Position numbers and translations under genes: made by a program
From: Oopsacas minuta
Lineage: Eukaryota; Animalia; Porifera
DNA: 64,000 bases
Assembly (NCBI GenBank): GCA_024704765.1
Contig: JAKMXF010000044.1
Location: 186,001 to 250,000 of the forward strand
Direction of reading: 5' to 3'
The notes under the pieces: generated by a model
Databases searched by the model: none
Seen by the model: the letters and a program-made list of their open reading frames with translations, nothing else
What the model was told of the DNA's origin: nothing
Part shown: positions 50,606-62,698 of the stretch, piece after piece
How the letters are laid out: every line of letters starts with the position of its first letter
Position numbering within the stretch: position 1 is the stretch's first letter

Positions 50606-52260
50606 ATAAGCAAACAACTTGAATGCAACAATGATTTGAAATGTTTGGTGGTGGATATAGGTGTGAAAATGTCGTTTGGTAAGTAGACACGTTTTCACAG
50701 CTGCCGGCGCATGTAAACAATGACCGAACCTTTTTAGGCTTATGACATTGAAATTCTAATCCTAGAACAAATTTTCCATGAAGTCTTGGTCCTAGAGTGG
50801 ACTAAAATCCCATAGAAAATTGGCCTTCAGGACCATTTTTCGCGGAGTGATTATCCAAAGGCAGGTCTATTGAAGGGGGATCATAATACTCGATCAATTA
50901 GCAGGATCCTCGCCCTTTCAATCTCAACGACCTATTTTATGATTTATAAGTTACAAACCACAGAGCTATAATCTATAACTTTATTCTCTAAATGCCGACA
51001 AAGATCCCAAATTCATACATAAACAATTTTGTCATGGAATTTCTGTCAGTACCAATTTTTTTTCCACGTTAAATTGTTCCCCAAGACCAATTTTCGCGAC
51101 CGACCTACTATTTGGTTTCGCACAGCCATAGCCGGACCACTTCTTAATGTGTCTTATGAAATATCAATGTGTATAGGGCCTATTAAACAGTATTGTTTGA
51201 CCGGACCAGGTTTATAGGAATCTATGGTCAGGTCGGACCACTGTTGAGACCGGTGCAACGCTCCTGGATAATACGTATTCCTAGTGAAACATTTTGTGAA
51301 TTGGGATTTATAAAATGAAAATATTCTTCATGGTGATTTTGTAAATCGACAGACAACATTTATTGAAAAAAGAGATTCCAATGAACTATTCGACAATATT
51401 TACAAATGATGATTAAAGTTGGTTTCGATCTGTGGTGGTGATTTGTGTAAAGAAAGCCTCCATTTATACACTCGGCGATTTAGATTCAGCACACAATGAA
51501 AGATGATGTGATGTGTAAAATGGTATACCCTATCATAGGTTATCTAGATTGAATGCCAATTACTGACTGAACTACGAAGGGGAAACAATTAATTTGCATG
51601 ACAAGTTAACAACCTTCTAGAATATAAATTATTAGAAAGAATTTTGATTATTGATATGATCGATATTCAACAAAACAAGTAGTGAATAGAAATATGTACT
51701 CGTACTAGAAATTTAAAAATGAACAAGCAAATAACAAATAAAGATATTTGAGAATTGTACGTACAGTCGACTCCGCTTAATTAGGTCACATCCTTCCAGG
51801 GATTTAACTCGATTAAGCGGATTGAATTAATGCAATTCATATAATCTGTTCTTGGTCAAGTATTCGAATATTATTTCGTTTGATGGCTTAGCCATTTTCC
51901 AGCCTACATTATTTAACCAAACTCCAATACTTGATTAAAACTTGATACTGATGTAATATCTCGAACCATCTTAAAATGGTAATAAATTGAAATGTCTAGA
52001 TTAACAATAAAGTTGTATCCTGAGGTTAATAATAATCAAACTTGACTGTAATTTGTATCTTTTCAATTAAAAATATAAGATGTAATCCATTAAAATATAG
52101 TTAACAAACATTCGTTTCAAACGATTTTTTCTTATAAAACAAATATTCGTTCGTTTAATTTCGATCGGATATTTGAATATTCGGTATACAGTGCAATCCG
52201 AATATTGAAAAGCATCGAGTGAGTAAAGTATAATGAATTTGTAGAGCATTTCACAAACAC

Positions 52261-52317
52261 GATGGGTCAGGTGGGTCGTGGGTCACCTTCACCAATTTTG
52301 ACCCATGGTTCACTCTG
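52261..52317. mobile_element. Solo terminus of the 39424-42004 hAT family
   Basis: GGGTC repeats followed by GACCCATGGTTCACTCTG (17 of 18 match to the family TIR). Confidence 0.7.
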
Positions 52318-55300
52318 GTTGGCAGATATGGAACTCTCTTACTCAGTGTTTCCCACAAGGTTTTTGAAATGCTCATTTAGCACCGTAGACGCCGCATACA
52401 TGTATATTCCTTGCTAAATTCATACCAATAGAGTAAAAAATAATACTAGTATCATAAAAGTTATTAATTATAACTTATGATTAATAACCCCACTTTGACG
52501 CAGTTTAATTTATTATGCACTTTAAAATACTTTTATATTGATCAGAGAAAACTTGAAGCGCCATTTAATACGTTTTGCGGAAAATACTGAGCTTACTACT
52601 CAACAATTCAAACTGCTCATTTTGAAAATAGGATAATAGACATTTATCTGCGTGTATGTGTATGTGTGTGAGTGTGTCCGTGTGTGTGTCCTGTTTGTAT
52701 TATAATATGAGAATACAATCCACATGCGTATATTCTAATATGAGGCAATAATTATCCTTCTGTTTGCGATATAGAATGTCGCGTAGGCAGGGTGGCACAT
52801 TTTCTCCACCAATTTTACGTTGCACTAGTTGCTGTTGCTCCAGTGTTGCGAGTGCACCTATTTGAATAAATATATATATAGATCTGCATCCGTATTTATC
52901 ATATGATTTACCCATATTTTCACACCTTTTTCTCTTATAGTTCGAATGCCGCTAGAGAATTCATTTCAACGGGTATTATCGGATAGTTGGGTATGCTGAT
53001 TCCAATGATACGCTATGTACAAAGTGAACAACTTTGAATAGTCTTAGAACCTTGGTTTCAACGGATATAGAGGTAACAAGTATGCTGGGTCCGATTTTTC
53101 ATTTCAAGTTTGTCATTTGTAAATTTATTGGATATTATTAAAAGTATGAGTACTTAATGGGTGAATTTTGGGAGTTCATCCTATCCATAACACTCCCCTC
53201 TGAGGAGGTACCTTTAAATATATCAATTATTCCACACCTTAGCTCTTATAGAAAGACAAAAATGAAATTTTATAAGAGTTTTTGGATCGTTGCTAAGCGA
53301 TGAACTCGGTACATTGCGCCTTGAGGTATCCATTATTATTCAAAGAGACAGCCCCTTTGAGCATTATACTATAGATATGTTTAGAACAATGTAATTCACA
53401 AATATACGTATATGGCGCATATATTATTGAATTATTTTGTAAGATCAATCCCCTTGTAGCGGTTGAGAGCAAGTATCTGCGTAAATTTTTGGATTTGGCT
53501 AATTTGTTTACTTTATATTAATAAAAACCATATATTCACATATAATTAATCTAAAAGTGTGAAATCGGATTCAGCATGTTCGATATACTTAGTGAAGTTT
53601 TATTAAATTGTATTTAGTACCTTTTAAACACGATAAATACATTGCTATGCTGCAATTTCAAAATTGCATACCGTAAATCCTTTCCTTAACAACGGACAAA
53701 CAAACAAACAGACAAACAACAATTGAGATTTAATGATATAAATATAATGGGAGTAGACTGTTATATATCACTACAAACTATTCTCGCATGTAGGAGCATT
53801 TCCATGGTTCATATAATTCAATTAACTGCAATTGTTTAGCTGGTAAATGATCAAAATTATTGGTTCAAATCTAAACTTTGCACCATAAAATCCGAACATA
53901 ACTACATCTGAACATCAAAACTATTCAAATTGCGAATCTTGTAAGTGATATTTTAATAATATATAAAGTACAACAATATTAATCAAGTGATTATCCACAT
54001 AGGTATTAAAATACAAATATAGTAATGTATTACGTGAGTGATAAATTGCAACGATGTTAAGTAATGACATATACATATTACCTCAGAATTCGGATACAAA
54101 AATTTTATATATCTGAGACATTTATAAATAGACGTACATTTCAAGCTATGGATACAAAAAAGAAATCTGGAAGTTAAAGCCTTTGATAGAATGACCCATA
54201 ACTTCATTGTATAGGTCTATGGGCAAGCAAAATTTATCCTATATTAAGAATACTAATAGTATTCTGTGAATTAAAATTTTGTGAAATATATTCTGACATG
54301 AAAATACTGGGAAAATTTGTGCTAAATGAGAGTGTGAATCCTTAAGGATTTTTGTCATACTTACCTTCATAATGGGGTGAGAATGCTTGGTTATATATTT
54401 CAGACAACCCAAGGGTTATATAATATCGGTGAACATCTATTATTGCATATATATACTCTAGAATATGTTTACAAGATGTTGTTCAAATTTCATAGCCGAA
54501 TCTTGGATAAGTTTTGAGATATTTGCTCTCAAAACTTAATTGTTCTCATTTAAATAATTTTTCTATCGATTGGTTCCTGCTATCCGTTTTTCTTGCTTAA
54601 TTCTCGTGCAATACTATTTAGAAAAACCTGTTGCTACTGTACTTATAATACTGAATCTAATCCTAGTTCTTGTCTTAACAATATCTCTCCTTCTCATTTA
54701 TATCCTATTATTCTCATTTATATCCTAATTTGGTTACTTGGTATAATTAGTTTTTAATCAAGTCTTTGAACTGCTATTTAGGTCTTACTTGCCATACTGA
54801 AGTTAGTGAAGCAAAAAATCATCTAAGTAACCTAACAAGACACTTGAAAACTTCAATTGTTGTAAACTATATAGTAATTTTATTTAATGACTGTGCAAGT
54901 ATTATTACCGAAGCACATTCCTAATTTCCTGAATTTTCTTCAACATATCCTATCAAACATCTTGTTGAGAAGAGCGTAGATTATTCTGTTTAAAGATTCA
55001 TTATAATAGATGAATACACCATTAATGCAGTATATTAACTTGGTCTTCAGTAGGTTGGTGACAGCTGCATTAGCCGGATGTCGTCTGCCATGTCGCAACA
55101 GTAAAATGGATCAGTTGTAGAATGATATTGTTAACTTTTGTATCCTCAATATAAATTTCTTTGAAAATAACGAAAAGAACGATGTTAGGTGATTTAAGTA
55201 GCTAAATCGTATTTGTATCCCCTTTTATCCTGTTTTCAAATAACTAACATATATAGTACAAATCTAGACTATCTCACGCATCACCGATAGAAATTCTCAA

Positions 55301-55684
55301 AAGTTGCCAACAATTGCATTTACGTGTAATGGGGTGATTGCTAACAGAGAAACTCATTTTCGTGTTAGCCATTATATGTGTTCGAATTATCTGCGTTCCT
55401 AGTAACCGATGTATTTTGTATTGAAATGGCGCTGAATGGAAACCAAAAATCGTACCTATTATCCGATATTTCGTGTTAACTGTGTTCGTATAAACGAGAA
55501 TCGACTCTATATGTTTACTCGTGACTCACATAGCAAGAAGTCAATGCATTAAAATTCTATTTGAAGCAGTAATGTGTACTAATTGATTAATCATTTGTAT
55601 TTCTACGCTCTCTGGCCCTTTGTATCTAATCTAGAGCAATCTTGTAATTATCACATTTTCTATTTTAATTTAAAGCTAGCTATT

Positions 55685-56887
55685 ATGGCTCGACATTCTG
55701 GTCAATCACAGACATTTGCCGACAAATCAATGTCAGGAGACGAATTCCACCAAGCTTTTACAAATTTTTCAAAAGGCTTTGCCTCTGAAAATTCCACGAA
55801 TTTTGCTTCAGTCCGAGAAATAGCTGTCAAAAGAGGAATTTTGGTCCATGATGTTGACGCAGGGAGGCCTTGCATGAAATGTGGGGATAAATGTCCAGGG
55901 TTTGCTCTTCATTTTTGGCGTAAGGTATGTAGGCATTGTAAATGTCCCTGGATGGAACATGATATCCATTTAATTGACGAACTTGGAACTAAAGTACAAA
56001 ACTATTATTTTTCTTTGGACGAAAAGTATGATCATATGAATTGGATTCCTAAGGGCCTCACTAAACAACTCATAGAAGTTTATTTGAATTCATTACCTCA
56101 AGATAAGAATCCTTCTCGCCCCTGCGGTATTAATTATAGACATCGTCAGCTAATTTATCAACTACCTGAACATGATACATTCCTTTATGAGCGAAATCGT
56201 GAGAAGCTGACTGATATTGAATTTCAACAGGTGCGAGCCTTCATACAACTAAGAAAGGATAGGATATCACGTGCTAAGATTAGAGCAAACCTTAGTGATC
56301 TTGCTCTAAATTGTTCATGTTGTGACCACTCTTTGAAAATTGGCGATGCTGCTATCATGGTTGACGAAATTCCACCAATATTTTTTCATCCCCATTGTTT
56401 CATTTGCAATATTTGTAAGGAATTGTTGGTTGACTTGATATACTTTATATCTAATAACAAATTATATTGCGGGAGACATCATGCAGAAACCTTAAAACCA
56501 CGCTGTGCTGCATGTGACGAACTGATATTTTCTAAGGAGTTTACCAGAGCCGAAGGCCTTAATTGGCATCTACACCACTTTTGTTGTATTGAATGCGATA
56601 GCCTATTAGGGGGCCAAAAGTATATGGTGGCGGATAATGGACATCCTTATTGTTTACTTTGTTTTTCACGATTATTTTCTAAAGGATGTTCAACTTGTGG
56701 CTCATTTATCGGTGTTGATGATCCCAGGTTATCCCATGGAGACTTTGATTGGCATGGAACTTCTGTGTGCTTTAGGTGCAACTTCTGTTGTGTATCATTA
56801 TTAGGATCCCCTTTTATCCCTAAAGGAAATTATTTGTATTGTTCTAAAGATTGCTACAAATCTGATAAATTCAGAAAAACTTTATAA
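55685..56887 (+). CDS. TES: Testin/Prickle-family protein: Cys-rich N-domain + PET + 3 LIM, single ORF (400 aa from ATG 55685)
   Basis: GRPCMKCGDKCPGFALHFWRKVCRHCKC; PET (WIPKGL...YRHRQLIYQLPEHD); LIM1 FHPHCFICNICKELLVDLIYF..YCGRHHAE; LIM2 PRCAACDELIF..WHLHHFCC; LIM3 ..YCSKDC, then stop. The ORF track's upstream TTG start is probably not used. The symbol reflects architecture; orthology is unresolved. Confidence 0.9.
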   Translation: MARHSGQSQTFADKSMSGDEFHQAFTNFSKGFASENSTNFASVREIAVKRGILVHDVDAGRPCMKCGDKCPGFALHFWRKVCRHCKCPWMEHDIHLIDELGTKVQNYYFSLDEKYDHMNWIPKGLTKQLIEVYLNSLPQDKNPSRPCGINYRHRQLIYQLPEHDTFLYERNREKLTDIEFQQVRAFIQLRKDRISRAKIRANLSDLALNCSCCDHSLKIGDAAIMVDEIPPIFFHPHCFICNICKELLVDLIYFISNNKLYCGRHHAETLKPRCAACDELIFSKEFTRAEGLNWHLHHFCCIECDSLLGGQKYMVADNGHPYCLLCFSRLFSKGCSTCGSFIGVDDPRLSHGDFDWHGTSVCFRCNFCCVSLLGSPFIPKGNYLYCSKDCYKSDKFRKTL

Positions 56888-57389
56888 TTTTGTATTTCAT
56901 GAAATCATTGTGTCACTGAATGTTTTTCACTACTCTTTGCTTTCCTCTATTTGTACTCCTTTCTTACTATATCCTATTTTCATCCACATATTCCCGAAGG
57001 CCATATATATATATTTCATAATAAACTGTAAGGATCTATGACTGAGAAACATACTACAAGTTGCATGGGTGTATCCACTATTGTTTCTGTCCGCGACTTA
57101 AATAAAATTATCCTTCCCGGAGAATTCTATGATGATTTCTTTTGAAGTTATTATCTAATTAGTAATAATAACTATAATCTTCCATTTCATTCAATTTATT
57201 ACTATTGAAGAACCTAATATTCAGTATTGTTATCACATCTTTGATGTATCTTGCAAATTGTAATAAAACATGAAACTTCTCAGACTAATATTAGGCAACA
57301 TGCAAAACATTTTAAGAACTAGAAGCAGTCTAAATTTTCCCTATATCTACCTTTGCCTGCTATTTTAATATTGGTCCGATTTCGAAATC

Positions 57390-58443
57390 TCCTGTTGAAA
57401 CCGGGCTCGGCAAAACCCCCGTTTTCGGTAAAACTGAGCTAAAGTGGGTAAAAGTGAGTATTATTCTAATGTTCATGGAAATCAAGAAATTTGGGTGATA
57501 TCAATTCTTTGGATTCAGAATCCTTATTCTAATTATATTATATTGAGATTCCGGAATTATGTTTGTTAATAAAATCTGATGTACGAATGGGATTTCTTAC
57601 AAGTTACAAAATCCTGAGGTACTTTAAGTAAACAACCAAAGGATATATAGAGCCAAACAACATTATTTGTCATCTTACTCTAATCATAGCATTTACTATT
57701 GTGTAATGGCTAGTTTAGTGAAGAGTTTTCTAAAAGGAGTTGGTCCCAAGAGGATGTGCATACATTTCAATATATTCGTCACCGCCAGCAAAGCACCCTA
57801 GACATGTCAGTCACAGATGACGTCTGATAGCATATAGACTGATTCTGCAGCAGCTATCAATACATATCTAGGTAGCCAAGTTCTTTTATGCATGTAACAT
57901 ACCTTTCAATGTCGCTTTGCATAGAGAGTTCTAAAAAATTATATCTCTTCTTTGGCCTGGGTACTCCCCTCCAAACAGAAAAGATCTAGCTGGACACCTA
58001 AATAGCGTATATTGGCAAATTATTGAACAAATTATAGAAGATACATGCGGTTAAGGCGAAACGTTAGTTTAAGATAGGTGAAGTGATCCTGAATAATCCG
58101 GTTATTGCTAGTTCCATCCACACTGGTTATATCTTAATATACAGTAAACACAAGTTCAAATACAAAAACTGCTTCATTGTTTCCAAAGGCAACGTCTGAA
58201 GCTGAAACAAAATTCCAATCTCGTAACGAGGAGTTGTAACTGATATTACAAGGGAAATGGAAGCGATGTGGTGCACGCTAAAGGAATTGACAGTTCTCTT
58301 ATGTTCTTCGCACCTGCTAAATCTTCCGTTTCTTGAGATTAAAACCCGTTTAATCCCACATTAAACTAATTAAACCCGAGTTCTTCAGGTTTAACCCACA
58401 GGGCTGGGGAAACCTATTTAATCCGGTTTAGATTTCAACCATG
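57390..58443 (+). mobile_element. Internally deleted hAT (DUF659-type) relic
   Basis: FYACNIPFNVALH..F..IISLLWPGYSPPNRKDLAG, NNPVIASSIHTG and CSSHLLNL, with AAACCC/AAACCGG subterminal repeats at both sides. Boundaries approximate. Confidence 0.7.
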
Positions 58444-58814
58444 AATCCAATGGTTTTCAGATCAACTTTTATGGTTGTATTCGCGTTCATCGTAAATTTC
58501 CATCAGTTTTATATTAATATTCATCATATTTGGATGGATTTTCGCTCGAAACGGAAATATCCTTGGGAATCTGGCAACGACACATTCTCAAATTGCGTCT
58601 CAACCCGATTGACTGACTTATTGTTAGACGCCGCAACAATAGCTGAGTCTATACACATATCGATCGTTGATAGTACCTTTTTACACGATTTTTTACAAAG
58701 GTTGATTGCATTCACTGAGTTAAAAATATTCCTTGTGTGAGCATAAGAGAGCAAAACTTGCTTATTGTATATAAGAAAGGTTTGTTTTATGTGATTAAAA
58801 TGAATTTGATATTA

Positions 58815-59370
58815 TCTAGCCAACTGAATTCAATTATTTTGGCAACTGCACTAAAAATTTAATTATTTTGGCAACCGAACTGAAAAGCCAGGCAGGAGCA
58901 AAAGAGGGAATTGTTATTCATTCGATTAGGAGCGTTACCTTAGAGAGACACTATTAGCGAGGATTTGTTAATGTAGAAGAATATCTAGTAATTAAACATA
59001 TTTTCTATTTCAGAATTACTTGCTAGAAATTATTGACTGTTTAGAACCCAACCTAGAAGTTACTAATGTAAATAGTGTTTCTATACATTTTAACATTCTG
59101 GTCTGAGTATATGAATCCACACTCTACAAGGGGAAATGGGAAATGTTGAAATGATACCAATATATAGGGCGTATAATTTTAACCATTTGTCAAATTAGTT
59201 GGTTTGTTTGCCAAAATAATTCAATTTTCAGTTCAGTTGCCAAAATAATTGAATTGGTATGCCAGAATAATTGAATCTTTAGTTCACTTGCCCAAATAAT
59301 TAAATTCGTTTGCCAGAATAATTGAATTTTTAGTTCAGTTGCCAAGATAATTGAATTCATTTGCCAAGTT
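58815..59370. repeat. Element with inverted tandem subterminal arrays (MULE-type MITE)
   Basis: AATTATTTTGGCAA twice at the left and about six copies of TTGCCARAATAATT at the right. Confidence 0.65.
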
Positions 59371-59853
59371 AATGATGCATCCGATTAATACCATAAAACC
59401 CTCCATATCATAGACCCAACCTATCGCTTTCCATATGCAGGCCATCATACTGTTTTACAGTAAATCGCAAAATATAGACAAGTAAAGATTATAGTTTCTA
59501 TGAAAAACATGACCCCAACAGAACTTTGAGTGGTAAACTAAATAATTCAGGAATAATACGAATTATTAAAACTTCGTAATACAAGCAATCGCTAAAATGC
59601 TGGCCAAACCTTCATTTGGGTGGTCACTTGGGGTACATGTAAATGTCCAATGCAAGTGGGCTGTTTATCAAGAAAAAATACATTTTCGCCATAGTAATGC
59701 ATACAAAATATAAAATTGCAAAGCTTTTTACCAAACTGACATAACTCGGACCAAAGCCCCTGATAATCGAGGGAATACATCGCGAACGGTAAAACGAGAT
59801 ACAAAATATTTTCCGCAAATAATCGATGCAGCGAACGGCGAGGGCTGCCTGTA

Positions 59854-60082
59854 GTCTAATTTCTTCGATTTATTATGAATAATCGCTGAAATGTGACGGG
59901 TGAGGGGGTGGGAATAATCCAGTTTATATCAACTGGGAATGATGTACATTAGACAAAAAACGTTTATCAATGTCTCTTTTTCACAGTGACTGAATTCCCA
60001 CTTGATAGAATTAGGATCATTCCCACCCCACCAATTACATTTCAGCTATTTTTCATAATTAAATGAAAAGATAGACTGTTCA
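59854..60082. mobile_element. MITE / short foldback
   Basis: ATTATGAATAATCGCTGAAATGT..GGGGTGGGAATAATCC is inverted as GGATCATTCCCACCCC..ACATTTCAGCTATTTTTCATAAT. Confidence 0.7.
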
Positions 60083-60345
60083 AACTGGAAAAACTTATCT
60101 TCAACTCAACTTAAATAATTTGATCCGATACCTCGAACTACTCCCTAATTTAGGTGCAACTATGGCCATTTTTGGGTGGCTACGTGCCCACCCAGATTTA
60201 ACTCCACCATAATACAAAAAGAATTGGGCGGTGAGCATGATGTCATATTTGGCCAACCTGACTCATGAGCTGATTAGCGAAGATGATTTTTATTAATAGA
60301 TTATACATTTACAAATAATGACACCATTTATCCGTAAGAAATATA

Positions 60346-61105
60346 CAGTCAACTCTCATTATAACTGTTATAGGAGATGTTGGCGATTTGATAGTATATG
60401 GCTTCGATACAGTGTACTTTTATAGTTTCTAATACCATCAGTAAGCAAACTGATAATTTAGCCAAGTATATTACGATATATCTAATGTACTTATTTAAGA
60501 ATGGACGTACTAAACGCCCTCAATGCTTGTGTTTGAGGTCAACTAACAAGGAATAGCCAAGTATACTGCAAAATTGACTTTCATGTTTCGTGGTAGATTT
60601 GAATCTTCTTCAGATATTATTTTCTTGTTTTCATTCCATCGTAATGGTAATGATTATTTTCAATAACAGTTTTCAAGGTAGAATGATTACCGAAAACAAG
60701 TGTATACCCAAGGAGCTTAAAGTGTTGGAGTTTTACAATTAGTAATGGAGACAATTGGATAAAATCTCCTATTAATTGTATAACTTCATTTTGACGCTTG
60801 CATATTTTCATAAGAGTGTGGTAATCTTACTTTCGATGGTAATTTTCAGTCATTTTAAGTATGAATAAATAAAAAACATTTTAGGTTTACTATTAATTTG
60901 TGGAATCGTGCTATCGTACGATCGTACGACGATTGAAGCATGTCAGCTATAATTTGTTGAAGTCACACAATTCACTTAAAAACTGTATTGAAGCTATATA
61001 CCATCAGATCGCCAACATCTCCCGATTGACAACATCTCCTATGACATAACGAAGTGTTCGGGGCCTCGTTCGTTATAAACGGAGTTTGTTGTAACCGGAG
61101 TACGT
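60346..61105. mobile_element. Tigger/pogo-like non-autonomous element with long inverted arms
   Basis: TA-CAGTCAACTCTC start. GGAGATGTTGGCGAT.TGAT.GTATAT.GCTTC.ATACAGT (about 60372) is inverted at about 60982-61022. Right end uncertain. Confidence 0.5.
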
Positions 61106-62231
61106 TAAATTCACATTTTGTTTGTAGCATTATATCAATAATAGCGGAAGTCTCCAAGTTCGTTAAATACTGACTTTTGTGTAATCTATACTATTAAGGA
61201 TTATAATAAAAGTGACCTAATGACAATCTATTAGTAGCGGCGCTTAAGAAAGTTATAATAATGCATAATCATTGACTATTACTAACCACATATTTATGTT
61301 TGATGTCTAATTTAAACGAATCTCGAATATAAGAATAATATTGGTATCTTTCAATAGTCATCAAAGAACAAATCATAATCTTTATATGTTCAAATTCAAG
61401 TGCCTAGAACATTAAAAGAAAAATTTTTAAAGATATTTCCTGGCAACAGTATTAGCATGCATGAAGAATCCTTTGGTGTAACTCTATACTAATGAATGAA
61501 CAAATGGTAAATACTACTCGTTTTAACTTTACATTACAAATTTTCACTCTAAGAGAGGGGTAATAAGACACAACCTCCAAAACGGTCAAAATATCAAGAA
61601 TTTGTTAAATTATATACTCATACTGCGTTTCCTTCTTTAGCAGTACTTGGTAAGTAGCTTCTTGCTTTTCCTTAGGCTATTATCTGTAATTACATATCAG
61701 TCTACATATTGCATGGCCTTTTCAGGAACAGTCGAAGTATATTCCACAGTAATTAATTCTTAAACTTAGCTTCGAAATATTTGTTGAGTTTCATTTTCTA
61801 TATTCTTGTCCATGCTCCAAATTATGAATAATTACATTTCCGAGGTTATGGGTGTACATAATTTTTTTCCTAAAGCCTCTCTTCCCTATTATGCAGCAAA
61901 TGTTCAGACACTCGTGACCTAAGTAACATACTAAATGGCGCAGCATGGCCTACTTAAAATATAATATTGTATATCTCAACGAGAAGGCCAACAGGAAATG
62001 TGTTTTTATCACATATCTTCAGAAATATATGTTTTTGAGCAGAGGTATATATTTATGACATATAGGGATATGATAGCGAATTATGCATTTCTATTGTGAA
62101 ATATGATTTCTCAACATGTGGTTCCGCAGAGTTTTTTTTTAGAACCAAAAATGCTACTTTCAAACTATGATTCAAACATCTTCTCAGTGTTTTTAATGCT
62201 TGACAGTTCTATATAATGACAAAGCCAAATT

Positions 62232-62698
62232 GTATACCTGAATACAATAGTTGATATGAATGGAATGTGAACACATTCTTGTGTTACCAGGGGAACCTGT
62301 ATTCATTTGTTTAAGCTATAACTCAAAAACTATGAGTGCTATGGCTCTGAAATGTATACCAGTAGTTCTGTAATAGTCAATTTCCTATTCACTAATAATA
62401 TAGTCCCTCTGCTTTTTGTTCATACTTTGTGAGATATTTTGACAATTTCAATATAGATGGTAGATAGACTGTCATATAATATATAAGAAATGTCAAAATA
62501 TCTCAAGTATCAACTGAAATCAAAGAAATATATTATTAGTGAATAGGAAGTTGGCTATTACGGAACTGTTGGTGTAAAGTTGAGAGCCATAGCATCCATT
62601 GTTTTGAGTTATAAATTCAGAAAATAACAACACGTTCCCTTAGCAACAAAGGAATGTGTTCACATTCCTTTCATATCAACTTTTGTTTCTAAGTATAC
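62232..62698. repeat. Foldback element, second family (about 220-bp arms)
   Basis: GTTGATATGAA.GGAATGTGAACACATTC / GAATGTGTTCACATTCC.TTCATATCAAC; CCTATTCACTAATAATATA / TATATTATTAGTGAATAGG; GAGATATTTTGACA / TGTCAAAATATCTC. Confidence 0.9.

Noticed and set aside
58441-58754. Overlapping ORFs on both strands (99 aa +, 76 aa -), possible exon
   Set aside because: No recognisable domain, no partner exons or clear splice context, and it directly abuts a hAT terminus.
59200-59370. Regularly spaced repeats that superficially resemble a CRISPR array (also the ATGGGTC arrays at 39430-39530 and 41890-42000)
   Set aside because: The units are degenerate, spacers are short and non-unique, the arrays are mirrored at the other element end, the context is eukaryotic and there are no cas genes. 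These are transposon subterminal repeats.
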